NCBI GenBank assembly: GCA_963818745.1
Contig: CAWFTI010000003.1
Span: 565,876-629,875, forward strand
Direction of reading: 5' to 3'
From: Thermoplasmatota archaeon
GTDB lineage: Archaea > Thermoplasmatota > Thermoplasmata > UBA10834
Length of the DNA: 64,000 nt
In this document: piece after piece, positions 54,308 to 64,000 of the stretch
Layout of the letters: each line of letters opens with the position of its first letter
Numbering within the stretch: the stretch's first letter is position 1
Notes under the pieces: model-generated
The model's database searches: none
The model's input: the letters and a program-made list of their open reading frames with translations, nothing else
Told to the model about the DNA's origin: nothing
Made by a program: the position numbers and the translations under genes

Positions 54308-55334
54308 ATGGATGGCGCCCGCGACAAGCCGAGGGATTTTATGCTACGATTGCATGCGCCCTTCGGGGGTAGCCAAGTGAACGTTCAGAAGCCTGCGAAG
54401 CTCAGGAAGAACTCGACCGTCGCCGTGATCTCGCCTTCGAGCAACCCGGACCATGTCGGGATACAGCTGGGGATAGACCTTCTGAAGAAGATGGGGCTCA
54501 AGGTCGTCCTGGGCGACACGACCAGGAAGCTCATGACCGTCAGGACGCTGGCCGCGGACGACGAGATGAGGGCCAAGGACATGAACTGGGCCTTCGAGGA
54601 CGACTCCATCGACGCGGTGCTCTGCGCGACGGGCGGCTACGGGTCGCTCAGGGTGCTCGACCTTCTGGACCTGGATATGATCAAGGACCACCCGAAGATA
54701 TTCCTGGGGTTCAGCGACATAACGGCGTATCACATGGCGTTCAACCAGTTGTGCGGCATGGTCACCTTCCACGGACCCGTGATCGACATCGACCCATCGA
54801 AGGGGCAGGAGGAGATCAGGACGCAGACGGAGGACCTCACGAGATGCATCCGCCAGCTGATGGGCCAGGAGCCGGTCAGGGAGATCATGAACCCCCCTGA
54901 AGGGATGATGCTCATGACCATAGACGAGGGGAAGGCGTCCGGGAGGCTCTGCGGAGGCAACCTTACGCTGGTCACTGGCACCCTCGGGAGCAGGTACGAG
55001 ATCGACACGAAGGACAAGATACTCATGCTGGAGGAGGTCAAGGAGACCTACTACTACATCGAGTTCCACCTGACCCAGCTGCGGCTGACCAGGAAGCTCG
55101 ACCAGGCCAGGGGGATCATCATCGGCGAGATCTCGGACACACTGAAGCCCGAGGGACCGCATCCGAGCGTGGAGGAGATCGTCCGCGAGAGGGTGGGCAG
55201 GAACCCACAAGCCAGCGATATGGGGTCTCTGCTGCGGACACGGCAAGCGCAACATGCTTCTGCCGATGAACGCGAAGGTGGCCCTGGACGCGACCAAGAG
55301 GGAGATAACCGTCCTCGAGTCCGTGTTGGAGTGA
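54308..55334 (+). CDS. LD-carboxypeptidase (S66 family, LdcA/MccF-like); frameshift at ~55215; start uncertain
   Basis: Motifs VAVISPSS, GFSDITAYH, EE.KE.YY.IEFHL; the C-terminus CGHGKRN...VLE is recovered in the +1 frame. Confidence 0.7.
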
Positions 55335-55431
55335 CGCCGTACCCCACTAATGTTTCTTTTTTCGTGATTGCTGGCTGTGCTTATGCGTCGTCATTTTATA
55401 CCATGAATGATATATCCATACCAACAGAGGT

Positions 55432-56025
55432 ATGATTCACGTGCTGTCGGTCGATTTCCTGAAGATACTGGCCAAGAGGGGAAGGGTCGAGGTGATCCGC
55501 ACTCTGAAGGCATATTCGGACCGGGATTTCACAATCAACGAGCTCGCGAAGGCCGCCAAGATCCCCACGATGACCGTGTGGAGGGCCGTCAAGGACCTGA
55601 AGAAGGTAGGCCTTGTGAGGACCAGGAAGGTCGGGAACGCCACAAGTGTATCCATCACCGATGACAGGGACCGGTTGAGAACCCTGAGGCTGATACCGGA
55701 AACGGACCCTCAGCGAATGGCCGCCCGCCTTTTTGCGGGGAAGCTGGCGGAGAACGGCTGGCTCGAGGAGTGCAAGCTCTTCGGCACCGTCGGCCGCGGG
55801 GAGCATTCGCCCGGAGAGGAGGTCGATGTGGCTGTCGTCTACGACGACAGCAAGGTGACCGAGGCCGATGCGAAGGAGGCGTCCGCTTCGGTCGCTGGCT
55901 CCCTGAAGTCCGAGACCAACGTGACGATCGTGCCCCTCTGCATAGCGCAGAAGGACATGGCTAGGAGGGGAGGGCTCGGCTCCGAGCTCAGGGACAAGGA
56001 ATCGATTTGGAGGCGAAAGATTTGA
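55432..56025 (+). CDS. Winged-helix DNA-binding domain fused to a minimal nucleotidyltransferase (Pol-beta superfamily MNT-like) domain
   Basis: N-terminal wHTH (FTINELAKAAKIPTMTVWRAVKDL); C-terminal GTVGRGEHSPGEEVDVAVV is the GSx9-13DxD NTase motif. No HEPN partner lies adjacent. Confidence 0.65.
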   Translation: MIHVLSVDFLKILAKRGRVEVIRTLKAYSDRDFTINELAKAAKIPTMTVWRAVKDLKKVGLVRTRKVGNATSVSITDDRDRLRTLRLIPETDPQRMAARLFAGKLAENGWLEECKLFGTVGRGEHSPGEEVDVAVVYDDSKVTEADAKEASASVAGSLKSETNVTIVPLCIAQKDMARRGGLGSELRDKESIWRRKI

Positions 56026-56117
56026 GAGAGTCTTCTCCGTGAGCCCGACCCGCGCACACTTGAAATAAGCGGCAGGACATTCGGAACCTGAGACGACTTC
56101 TCGCAGGTGGGTTCGAC

Positions 56118-57387
56118 TTGGAGCTTCCGAGAACCAATCGTGGGTTGTTCCTCCTATCGGTGCCGTTCGTCCTGGCGGCTTCGTCAGTGATTCTGCTCAT
56201 GGACGGGGAGACCGCGGCCGACTTCGTGAACATCGTGGTCCCGATCATGGCGGCCATCGTGGCCTTGCTCGTCGTTCCTGCTCTTCTGGTTCAACAGGAA
56301 GACCCCTTTCAAGAGCCTGGGATTTGTCTTCCTGGTGACTTTCACCCTGTTCGCCCTGGGATGGGCGACATGGACCATCTATACCGAGTATGTTGGAGAG
56401 GTCTCTGGCATCATCATCTCCGACGTTCTGTGGCTCACCGGATATGTGATGATGATCTTCATTTTCGCCCAGGTCATCAGGAAGACCGAGATCGACATCT
56501 CGAAGCGCTTGCTGCTCGCCCTGGCGGTCTATTGGGTGGCGATGATCGCGATCCTGTGGTGGGCCATAGCCCCCACCGTATCGCCTTCGGACCCGCTCCT
56601 CTGGCACAACGTCGCATACAGCCTCTACCCGATATTCGACTCGATCCTCCTGAGCGAGCTGATATTCCTGTTATGGATCCACAGGAAGGGACAGCTGGAG
56701 GATGTCTGGCTCTTCATCTCCACGGCGGTCGTGTTCTGGACCGTGGGGGACGTCATCTACCTGATAGAGGAGGCTTCGGGCAACTACTTCGTCGGCTCGC
56801 TCCCAGACGTGTTCTACCTGTGCAACTACTCCCTGCTGGCGATCGGCTTCGGCCTCATCGTGTCAACGAGGGTGAAATACACATCGATCGTGCCCGTCGC
56901 AGAGACAACGGTGCGCCGAGTCGAGGGCACCACCCTCGCGCCGATGAGGACCTACGTCGTCTACGGAGCAGACTCGAAGGCCGCATACGACATGGTGGTG
57001 AAGAACCTCAACATGGGGCTCGAAGGGCTGATAGTGGCGAGGCGGTCGCCGAACTCGATCAGGAGCGCCTACGGCCTCAAGAAGACGGCCATCGTGTGGC
57101 TCTCGACCACCCCGGGGCTCGAGGTCGTCCACCCGTCGAACCTCGGGATACTCACGGACGCGATAGTCCGGTTCCTCGAGCGCAGCACCAACGCCGTTGT
57201 GCTGATCGACGGCTTCGAGAGCCTGGTCACGTACAACGATTTCAGGAGAGCGCTTCAGGCGGTCGAGCACATCAAGGACACCGCCCTCACGCACAACTCC
57301 AGGCTCGTGCTGGCGATCGACAAGCGCACGCTCGACCCGAAGGAGGTCGCCCTGCTCGAGAAGAACTCGGTGATCGTCGCGGGCTGA
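56118..57387 (+). CDS. Multi-TM membrane protein with a C-terminal DUF835 domain; frameshift at ~56275
   Basis: About 8 predicted TM helices, then a DUF835-like domain (GLIVARRSPNSIRSAYG...VVLIDGFESLVTYN...LVLAIDKRTLDPKEVALLEKN). Confidence 0.7.
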
Positions 57388-57394
57388 GACGCGC

Positions 57395-58438
57395 CTACAT
57401 CGGGTTGCGCGAGAAGTAGTCGAACACCAGCCGCGCGATCTCGGCCTGTGCCCGTATGGCCCTCTGCGTGTCCCCGTCCCCCAGATTCTTGAAGAACGAG
57501 CTCAGGACGACATGGGACTTCGTCGACACGAAGATTATTCCGGCGTTCGTGAGGCTCGCTGCGCTCACGCCGGATTTCAGGGCGACAGGTATGTCGGGGG
57601 ACAGGAGGCACGACATGGACTGCGGGTCCTTCTGCCTCATCAGAAGGCTCAACATCTGCTCGCAGGCCTTGCGCGAGACCACCTCGTGCTTCAGGATCTT
57701 CTCCATCAGCATCGCGACCTCCCTGGGGGTCCCCAGGTTGTCGAAGGCCTCGTCGTACACCCGCTGCGTCTTGAGCTTCTTCTCAGCCTTGAACCCGTAT
57801 ATGCTCTCGTACTTGCTCCTGAAGTCCTCGATCGAGAGGCACGCGGCCTCCCGCTCGGTCTCGTTGAGGGCCTTCATCCGCTCCATGTCCGAGAGGCTTT
57901 TCCACTTGCGCGCGGCATCTGGGATCGGGAGCGCCTTGTAGGGCCCGTACCCCATCGACATCAGGAAGCTCTCCCGGTACGGGATGTATATGGACATCTT
58001 CGCGAGGCCGAGCTCCTTCATCAGCATCCCGACCCTCTGGATGCCTATCCGCTTCCAGAGCATCTCGGACGCTGTGTTGTCGGTCTCTAGGATCATGAGC
58101 GCGAGGAGGTCCTGGACGGTCGGCTTGAGCCCTGGCGACAGATACTGCAGCACGCCCTCGCCTATGCAGTAGTGCCTAGGCTCGAGCTCTATCCTCTCGT
58201 CGAGAGATATCAGCCCGTCCTCGACCTGCCGGTAGGTCTCGACCATCACCGCGAGCTTGAACACGCTCGCGAGCGGGTAGGTCTTGTCAGCGTCTATGGC
58301 GACCTCCCTGCCGCTCTCGACGTGCTTGAGGTACAGCCCCACCTGGCCCTTGACCTCCTTGGCCGCCTTGATGATGTCCGCGCGAAGCCTGACCAGCTCC
58401 GGGGAGGCATATGACTGCTTCTTGTGGTCGGTCGTCAA
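57395..58438 (-). CDS. Class A beta-lactamase-like serine hydrolase
   Basis: SxxK (ASVFKLAV), SDN-like (ETDNTA), KSG (LKSGVS); 347 aa. Confidence 0.7.
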   Translation of the reverse strand: MTTDHKKQSYASPELVRLRADIIKAAKEVKGQVGLYLKHVESGREVAIDADKTYPLASVFKLAVMVETYRQVEDGLISLDERIELEPRHYCIGEGVLQYLSPGLKPTVQDLLALMILETDNTASEMLWKRIGIQRVGMLMKELGLAKMSIYIPYRESFLMSMGYGPYKALPIPDAARKWKSLSDMERMKALNETEREAACLSIEDFRSKYESIYGFKAEKKLKTQRVYDEAFDNLGTPREVAMLMEKILKHEVVSRKACEQMLSLLMRQKDPQSMSCLLSPDIPVALKSGVSAASLTNAGIIFVSTKSHVVLSSFFKNLGDGDTQRAIRAQAEIARLVFDYFSRNPM

Positions 58439-58706
58439 GTTCCAGCTCCATGTAGCGCGTTGAACGGGTTTCCAGGGGGTAGAATTCCCAGTGGATGCTC
58501 GCCCTACTGCGCTCGAAAGGATTGCCTCGTCAATATTTAGGTACTTCTATGCCACGGAGCGTGGACGCGCGTTCCGAGAACGCACCACGTCTGGCACGGC
58601 CATGAAGGCCGGGCAACGATGTTCGATAGACTGACAACGGTGAATCGCCACGACATGTACAGGGGGCCAGTGGGCCAGAGGGGCAGACACAAAATGAGAG
58701 ACAACG

Positions 58707-58817
58707 GAGATTGGAAGAAGGCTTGTGGACCCGTTCAGGGGGATTAATTGGGGGGGGAGGAGAGTATAGCTGACCCGGGTCCCGAAGGAAAAACCTTGTG
58801 TTCCTTCTTCCAATCTC
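58707..58817. repeat. Perfect 15-bp inverted repeat (gagattggaagaagg / ccttcttccaatctc) flanking an 81-nt spacer that contains a G8 tract, inside a ~500-bp low-GC intergenic region
   Basis: Seen directly in the sequence. Arms at 58707-58721 and 58803-58817; the G8 run is at ~58750. Confidence 0.6.
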
Positions 58818-58939
58818 TTGTCAGAGGCATCGCGGACGTCCGCTCATATAGCTATGTCCCCTGGAATCACCGCTGATAACATCCTCTGATTCCTAGGACG
58901 ACAAAAAGGTTATCGGCTGGCTGACGATACTGGCACCGG

Positions 58940-59665
58940 ATGGAATCGCGCCGACGGAGCAACCACGACCGGGGCCTGCCCGAGCGGATAAGGGCGGTCG
59001 TGTTCGATCTCGATGACACCCTCGTGACGTCCACCGTTAACTACGGCAAGTTCAAGTCCTTGGTCATCGACAGGATCGTCTCGTACGGCGAGGACCGGTC
59101 TTCCTACAGCCCGACCGAGACGGTGGTCAGCATCATATCCAGGTACGAGAAGAGGCTCATGGAGGAAGGCGCGGCCGAGGGAGAGATCCGCAGTAGGCTC
59201 TCGGAGCTGGACAGGATAATGGACGAGGTCGAGCTCGAGAGGGTCAACGAGACCGTACCCATCGAAGGCGCCGCGGGCCTGCTCAGGACCATCAGGGCGA
59301 AGGGGGTCAAGGTCGGCGTGCTGACCAGGGGGTGCCAGGCATATGCGGGATCGGCCCTTTCCGTGAGCGGTCTGGCGGACCTCGTCGACGCGATCGAGTG
59401 CCGCAACTCCGACACGAAGCCGAAGCCCGACCCGGAATCCTACCTCAGGCTCGTGGAGATGCTCGGGGTGAGAAAGGAGGAGACCGTGTTCGTCGGCGAC
59501 CACCTCATAGACGCGAAGTGCGCTTCGAACGCGGGCGTGCCCTTCATAGGTGTCCTCACGGGGGATGTGCCGGAGGAAGAGCTGCTGAGGGGCGGGAGCG
59601 TCAGGGTCTTCAGGGACGCGGGGGAGATGGCGTCCTGGCTCGAGGAGTCCTTAAGAGTAGCACAA
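58940..59665 (+). CDS. HAD-superfamily hydrolase (3' end uncertain)
   Basis: Motif I VFDLDDTLV, motif II-III region, motif IV GDHLIDAKCASNAG. The ORF reads on without a stop into the antisense strand of the next gene, so the true end (~59650-59700) is probably masked by an indel. Confidence 0.65.
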
Positions 59666-59716
59666 ATGTTCTGTCACATGTGGCACTGGCTCGAGATTAT
59701 GGCCTATAAAAGCGCA

Positions 59717-60355
59717 TCATCTGTGCCCGGCGTCCAAGAGCCTGATCGCGCCGTTCGAGGTGTCGAGGATGCCCTCGTCCTGTATGTCGACCTCGGGCCT
59801 CGGAGCGACCGGTTCCAGGTTCCTCTCGAGCAGCGCCAACTCCCGCTCGCTCAGGGTCCTAGGGTCTACGGGGACGAAGAGCGTGCAATCGTTGGTCACC
59901 ACGATGTCCCTGAGCTGATTCATGAACTGCAGCATGCGGTCGTACGTGTTGAGCGAGACCAGGTACTCGAACCCGTCGATTATCACGGCGCTCTTCGGGT
60001 TCGATTCGATGAACGCCCGGACCTGGCTCATGAGTATGCCCACCGCCGTGGGGTTGATCCTGCCGTCGCCCACGAGGTTCGTGAGCCAGACCAGCCTGCA
60101 CGCGCCAAGCTCGCGGTCGGTCAGGAGCTTCTTCGGGAAGTCGCGAGTGATGACCATGCCGCAGCAGCCGGATGAGAGCATCTGCTCGAAAAGCTCGTAG
60201 CTGAACTTCGGCCGCTTCTCTTCGACCAGGTAGACGTTGCCTGGCTTCGGCTCAAAGGCTATGGCACTACCTGAGTAACCATTGGCCAACGACGCATCCC
60301 ATCCGTTGTGTAGGTATACATATTTCGCGTTATATAATACTGTTGATGCGGGCAT
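59717..60355 (-). CDS. DUF835 domain protein (stand-alone)
   Basis: GMVITRDFPKKL...LVWLTNLVG...AVIIDGFEYLVSLNTYDRMLQFMNQLRD...TLFVPVDPRTLSERELALLERN; a paralog of the C-terminal domain of the 56118-57387 product. Confidence 0.7.
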   Translation of the reverse strand: MPASTVLYNAKYVYLHNGWDASLANGYSGSAIAFEPKPGNVYLVEEKRPKFSYELFEQMLSSGCCGMVITRDFPKKLLTDRELGACRLVWLTNLVGDGRINPTAVGILMSQVRAFIESNPKSAVIIDGFEYLVSLNTYDRMLQFMNQLRDIVVTNDCTLFVPVDPRTLSERELALLERNLEPVAPRPEVDIQDEGILDTSNGAIRLLDAGHR

Positions 60356-60390
60356 GCCAGTGGAGAATTATTCGGACCGTCAGGAGCGCG

Positions 60391-60654
60391 TCATGCCCTG
60401 CCGCAGAAGACCCTCGTCCGGTCGGCGCCGATCTCGCCGTGGCCGCATCTCTCGCAGTCCTCTATCGTCGCTGCGGCCTTGAAGTCGTAGGTGCAGGGGG
60501 TCATGAAGAACTTGGTCTCGCCGGCGCAGAGCACCCTGCTCTTGTCGCTGATCAGGGTCCCGTGGGGACAGCACTGGCATTCGAGCGCGGTCACGGAGCG
60601 GGACTCGCCGAAGTCGCACCGGGTCAGGAAGAGCTTGTGGACCTTCGCGGACAT
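60391..60654 (-). CDS. Small Cys-rich protein, two CxCCPHG...C / CxxCGHG...C knuckles (possible zinc ribbon)
   Basis: 87 aa with two similar Cys/His clusters (CQCCPHG...C, CERCGHG...C) and genome-typical GC3. Confidence 0.45.
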   Translation of the reverse strand: MSAKVHKLFLTRCDFGESRSVTALECQCCPHGTLISDKSRVLCAGETKFFMTPCTYDFKAAATIEDCERCGHGEIGADRTRVFCGRA

Positions 60655-60921
60655 GTTGACACTGCGACGGCCAATCGTTATCGTAGTTGATATTGATTTA
60701 GGAAGCTGGGCCTGGGTCCGGGCGAACGGGGTCGGCGGGGAATCCGGCCCCGGGCAGACTTACTGACCTGGGCTCCGGGAGCCCTCGGACGGTGCCTCCA
60801 GCCCGTCGACGTCACGCCTGCGAACCTCCCCGAAAGCTTTTATCACATGGAAATCGTTGAGGTCGGGAACAGGGTGCACTCGGCCTTTTAGGTCAGGCGA
60901 GGGACTGCTCGGAGAAGTCAG

Positions 60922-63037
60922 ATGCCAGATTCACCGGTGATCGACAAGGAACTCCTGGTCTCGTCGCTCCAGGACGGAGTCTTCGTATGCAAGAAGACGG
61001 GCGAGCTGCTGTGCTTCAACCCCGTGATGGCGAAGATGCTGGGATATCCGGCCGACAGGTTCGCCAGCAGGAACATGGCGAAGGACCTCGCGGAGAGGGA
61101 GCTCGAGTGGAGGGCGCTGATATCCCTCATCGAACAGGGCAGCCCGATAGCAGACTACGAGATGAAGTTCAGGAAGGCCGACGGGACGACCGCGCACATA
61201 GCGCTCTCGGCGGTCACGTACAAGGACCCCAGTGGCATGCCCATCGGCATCGCCGGCGTGCTCAGGGACATATCCACGCGCAAGGGCGTGGAGATCGACC
61301 TCAGGGAGAAGGCGTTCAGGATAGACATCATGAACAAGATCGCCAAGCTCGCCGGGGCGAACATAGACGTCAGGCGGGTGCTCCTGGGCATCAGCGAGGA
61401 GCTCAGGAAGCTCATCAACTTCGACCAGCTCAGCATGTGCGTGACGGAGGAGAAGGGACGGCATGTGGAGGTGTACGTGCCGGACCCGGGGAACTCCGCC
61501 GCGGCGAAGGTGCTCGGCCGGGTGCCCTTCGAGGGCAGCCTCGTCGAGAAGCTGAAGTACGGCGGCAAGGCGGTCATCATCGAGAAGGACGCGAACAGGA
61601 AACTGTTCTCCGAGTTCGGGGTCCTCGACACGACGAAGACCAGCTCCATGATCGCCGTGCCCCTCACCAGCAGAGGACGCGTGCTCGGATCATTGAACAT
61701 ATCGCACTCGAAGCAGGGGGAGTACAACTGGGAGAGCGCCGAGGTGCTCCAGATGGTTGCCGACCAGGTCGCGGGCCTGATCGACAACATGGTCCTCCTC
61801 ACGACCCTCGAGAACAAGATCAAGCTCCACGAGACCCTGCTCAAGTCCGGGGTTGAGCTCCAGAAGGCCATCAGCACGGAGCAGATATACGGCGCGATAG
61901 CGGCGCACATAACCGAGGTCGTGCCGTGCAAGGACCTGTCGTTCTACATGGTCGACTGGCAGAAGCGCCTCATATACCCCGTGCACGCGGTCGGCACATA
62001 CACGGACGAGATCATGTCCGCCCCGGGAGGGCTCGACGATGGCATCGTGGGCGTGGTGGCCCAGACGGGCAAGGCGGAGTTCGTGGACGATGTCGACTCC
62101 GACCCGAGGGCTGCCGACGTGCCCGGCACACCGTACGAGCACAACTCGATGCTGGCGATCCCGCTCACAGGCAGCGAGGGCGTCCTGGGCGTCCTCGAGC
62201 TGTACAGGGACAGAGGCCAGGTCTTCTCGATGAGCGACCTCGATGCGGGGATGCTGTTCGCGCAGCAGGCCGCGATATCCCTCCAGAACTCCAAGCTCCT
62301 GGCGAGGATACAGGAAGCCAAGAAGGAGATCGAGATGCTGAACGACCTCATGTTCCACGACATCAACAACTACAACTTCGCCACGCTCAACTACGTCGAG
62401 CTGATCGCCAAGAGCCCGGACGTGCCGCACGCGTACAAGCCGTACCTGGACAAGTCGCTCCAGCTCATCAGGCAGAACGCGAAGCTGATCGAGAACGTCA
62501 AGAAGCTGACCAAGATAGGCGCCATGGAGACGAAGAGCTTCGTGCCGGTCAACCTCTCGGACGTGCTCAGGAAGATCATCGTCCGCCGTGAGCAGCGCCT
62601 CGCCATCGAAGAGGGTCAGCATCACGTGCAACGTGCCCGAGACGGGCGCGTTCATCATGGCCAACTCGCTCGTCGACGAGCTTTTCGTGAACCTGCTCAA
62701 CAACGCCGTCAAGTACGACCCCCACGAGGAGGTCGAGGTGGAGGTCGACTGCTCCAAGGTCCTGGAGGACGGCAAGCCCTGCTGGAAGGTGTGCGTCGCC
62801 GACCACGGGTACGGCATCCCGGACGACAAGAAGGCCAGGCTCTTCCAGAAGTACGTCCGCCTCAAGCCCGACTCGAACGTCGCGGGGACCGGCCTCGGGC
62901 TGTCCATATGCCGGGCGCTCTCGGACAAGTTCGCCGGGCGGATATGGGTCGAGGACAGGGAGAAGGGCAAGAGCGAGCTGGGGGCGAAGTTCTGCGTCGT
63001 GTTCCCGGCGGCCAGGCACCAAGAGGAGAAGGCATAG
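60922..63037 (+). CDS. Sensor histidine kinase: PAS, GAF, GAF, HisKA-like, HATPase_c; frameshift at ~62585
   Basis: N-terminal PAS (FVCKKTGELLCFNPVMAKMLGY); two GAF-like domains; H-box FHDINNYN; ATPase domain (N-box LLNNAVKY, G1 DHGYGI, G2 GTGLGLS) in the 62588-63037 frame. Confidence 0.8.
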
Positions 63038-64000
63038 TGCCCATCGATCCGAGAGCGACCCCGTCGGACCACGGCGCTGCGGACAAGCGGTTCACAGTCT
63101 CCGTTTCAAGATGTTCTTCCTACGAGCCAGTAGTTGTCGAACGCGCGGTCATGGAATCCGTCAAGGCGCTCGGCGGCATCGAGAGGTTCGTGAAGCCAGG
63201 CGAAACGATCCTGGTCAAGCCCAACATGCTCTCGGCGAGGGCGCCCGAGGACGCGGTCACGACGCATCCGGAGGTCGTGAGAGCGGTCATAAGGATGGTA
63301 AAGGCCGCAGGGGCGACGCCGATAGTCGGCGATTCCCCCTCGGGGCTCTCGACGGACGGCATCCTCGACAAGCTCGCGGAGAGGACCGGGATAGCGAGGG
63401 TCTGCGAAGAGGAGAAGGTCGAGTTCGCCCATTTCACCGAGTCGAAGAACGTGCGGTTCGAGCGCGGAGTGGTCGCCAAGTCGTTCGAGCTCACGACCGT
63501 CCTGGACAGGGTCGACGGAGTCGTCTCCGTCGCGAAGATGAAGACCCACACGCTCACGGGGATCACGGGCGCCGTCAAGAACCTGTTCGGGCTCATCCCC
63601 GGCCTGAAGAAGGCGGAGTACCACTTCAGGATGAAGGACAAGGAGGCGTTCTCGGCGATGCTGGTCGACCTCGCGGAATGCGTCCGGCCGAGGCTGACCG
63701 TCATGGACGCCGTGCGTCGGCATGGACGGCGACGGACCTTCGGGGGGCACCAAGAAGGACATCGGCCTGGTGATCGCCTCGGACGACGTGCACGCCCTCG
63801 ATGCGTTCTTCCTGCACTCCGTGGGGGCGGATGTGTCATCCGTCCCGACGGTGAGGATCGCGAGGGAGCGCGGACTGGGGCCGAAGGACATCGATGAGGT
63901 GCGGGTCGTCGGGGACGGGCGCGCTGCGGATGAAGCTGCGACGGCTTCAGGATGCCCTCGACCGCGCAGCAGTACGGCCGGATACCGATGGCGCTCGGGA
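63038..64000 (+). CDS. DUF362 domain protein (3' end beyond the window); frameshift at ~63715; start uncertain (GTG at 63038 or ATG at ~63150)
   Basis: FTVSVSRCSSYEP...VMESVKALGG...FVKPGETILVKPNM and TVMDAV(shift)GMDGDGPSGG...ASDDVHALDAFF follow the DUF362 pattern. Confidence 0.65.

Noticed and set aside
58745-58760. G8 homopolymer as a phase-variation (contingency) tract
   Set aside because: It lies in non-coding DNA far from any start codon, and homopolymer lengths in this assembly are unreliable. It is noted only as part of the intergenic element.
61690-63891. ORFs 61690-63072(-), 63106-63891(-), 63120-63839(-)
   Set aside because: Antisense to the histidine kinase and DUF362 genes, which have clear domain signatures on the plus strand.

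Overview
This is a 64 kb GC-rich (~62%) stretch of densely packed, mostly housekeeping genes. It is most likely from an archaeon, and the protein composition is Lys-rich rather than halophile-like. The archaeal call rests on five observations: (1) a ThiD-ThiN fusion; (2) two DUF835 genes; (3) a BRE/TATA-like box in front of a tRNA that encodes no CCA end; (4) TATA boxes 25-30 bp ahead of several start codons, suggesting leaderless mRNAs; (5) an archaeal/eukaryal-type GlyRS and a Rad50 with a CPTC zinc hook. I support about 57 features. Housekeeping and repair genes: rad50 (5' end outside the window), valS, glyS, folC, thiDN, copA, a polX-ligA operon with a 4-nt overlap, a DEAD-box helicase with a DbpA-type C-terminus, tRNA-Gly(GCC) overlapping the folC 3' end, and an orphan DNA methyltransferase. 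Signalling, mobile-element and poorly characterised genes: a PAS-GAF-GAF histidine kinase, a fragmented tnpB-only IS200/IS605 element, and many hydrolases, stress proteins and hypotheticals. A major caveat affects every coordinate: at least 20 genes, including the essential valS, ligA and polX, carry one or more +/-1 frameshifts, several of them pairs that restore the frame within ~130 bp. These look like homopolymer indel errors in the assembly, not mass pseudogenisation. I therefore call the affected genes as CDS with approximate ends. The most interesting candidate system lies on the minus strand at 11437-16317. A Rab-like small GTPase sits immediately upstream of a ~1,200-aa secreted adhesin with cadherin-like VNDAP repeats. 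The adhesin ORF has no stop codon in its own frame. A single G indel at ~12010 would fuse it to a transmembrane segment plus a cytoplasmic Roadblock/LC7-like domain (the MglB-type GAP/GEF fold for small GTPases). That would be a receptor-like adhesin-TM-Roadblock protein paired with a small GTPase. Other points worth a second look: an NAD-dependent LigA in an apparently archaeal genome, translationally coupled to PolX; a 500-bp low-GC intergenic region with a 15-bp perfect inverted repeat and a G8 tract that could be an ncRNA; a DUF835-rich sensory neighbourhood; and a solo TnpB.
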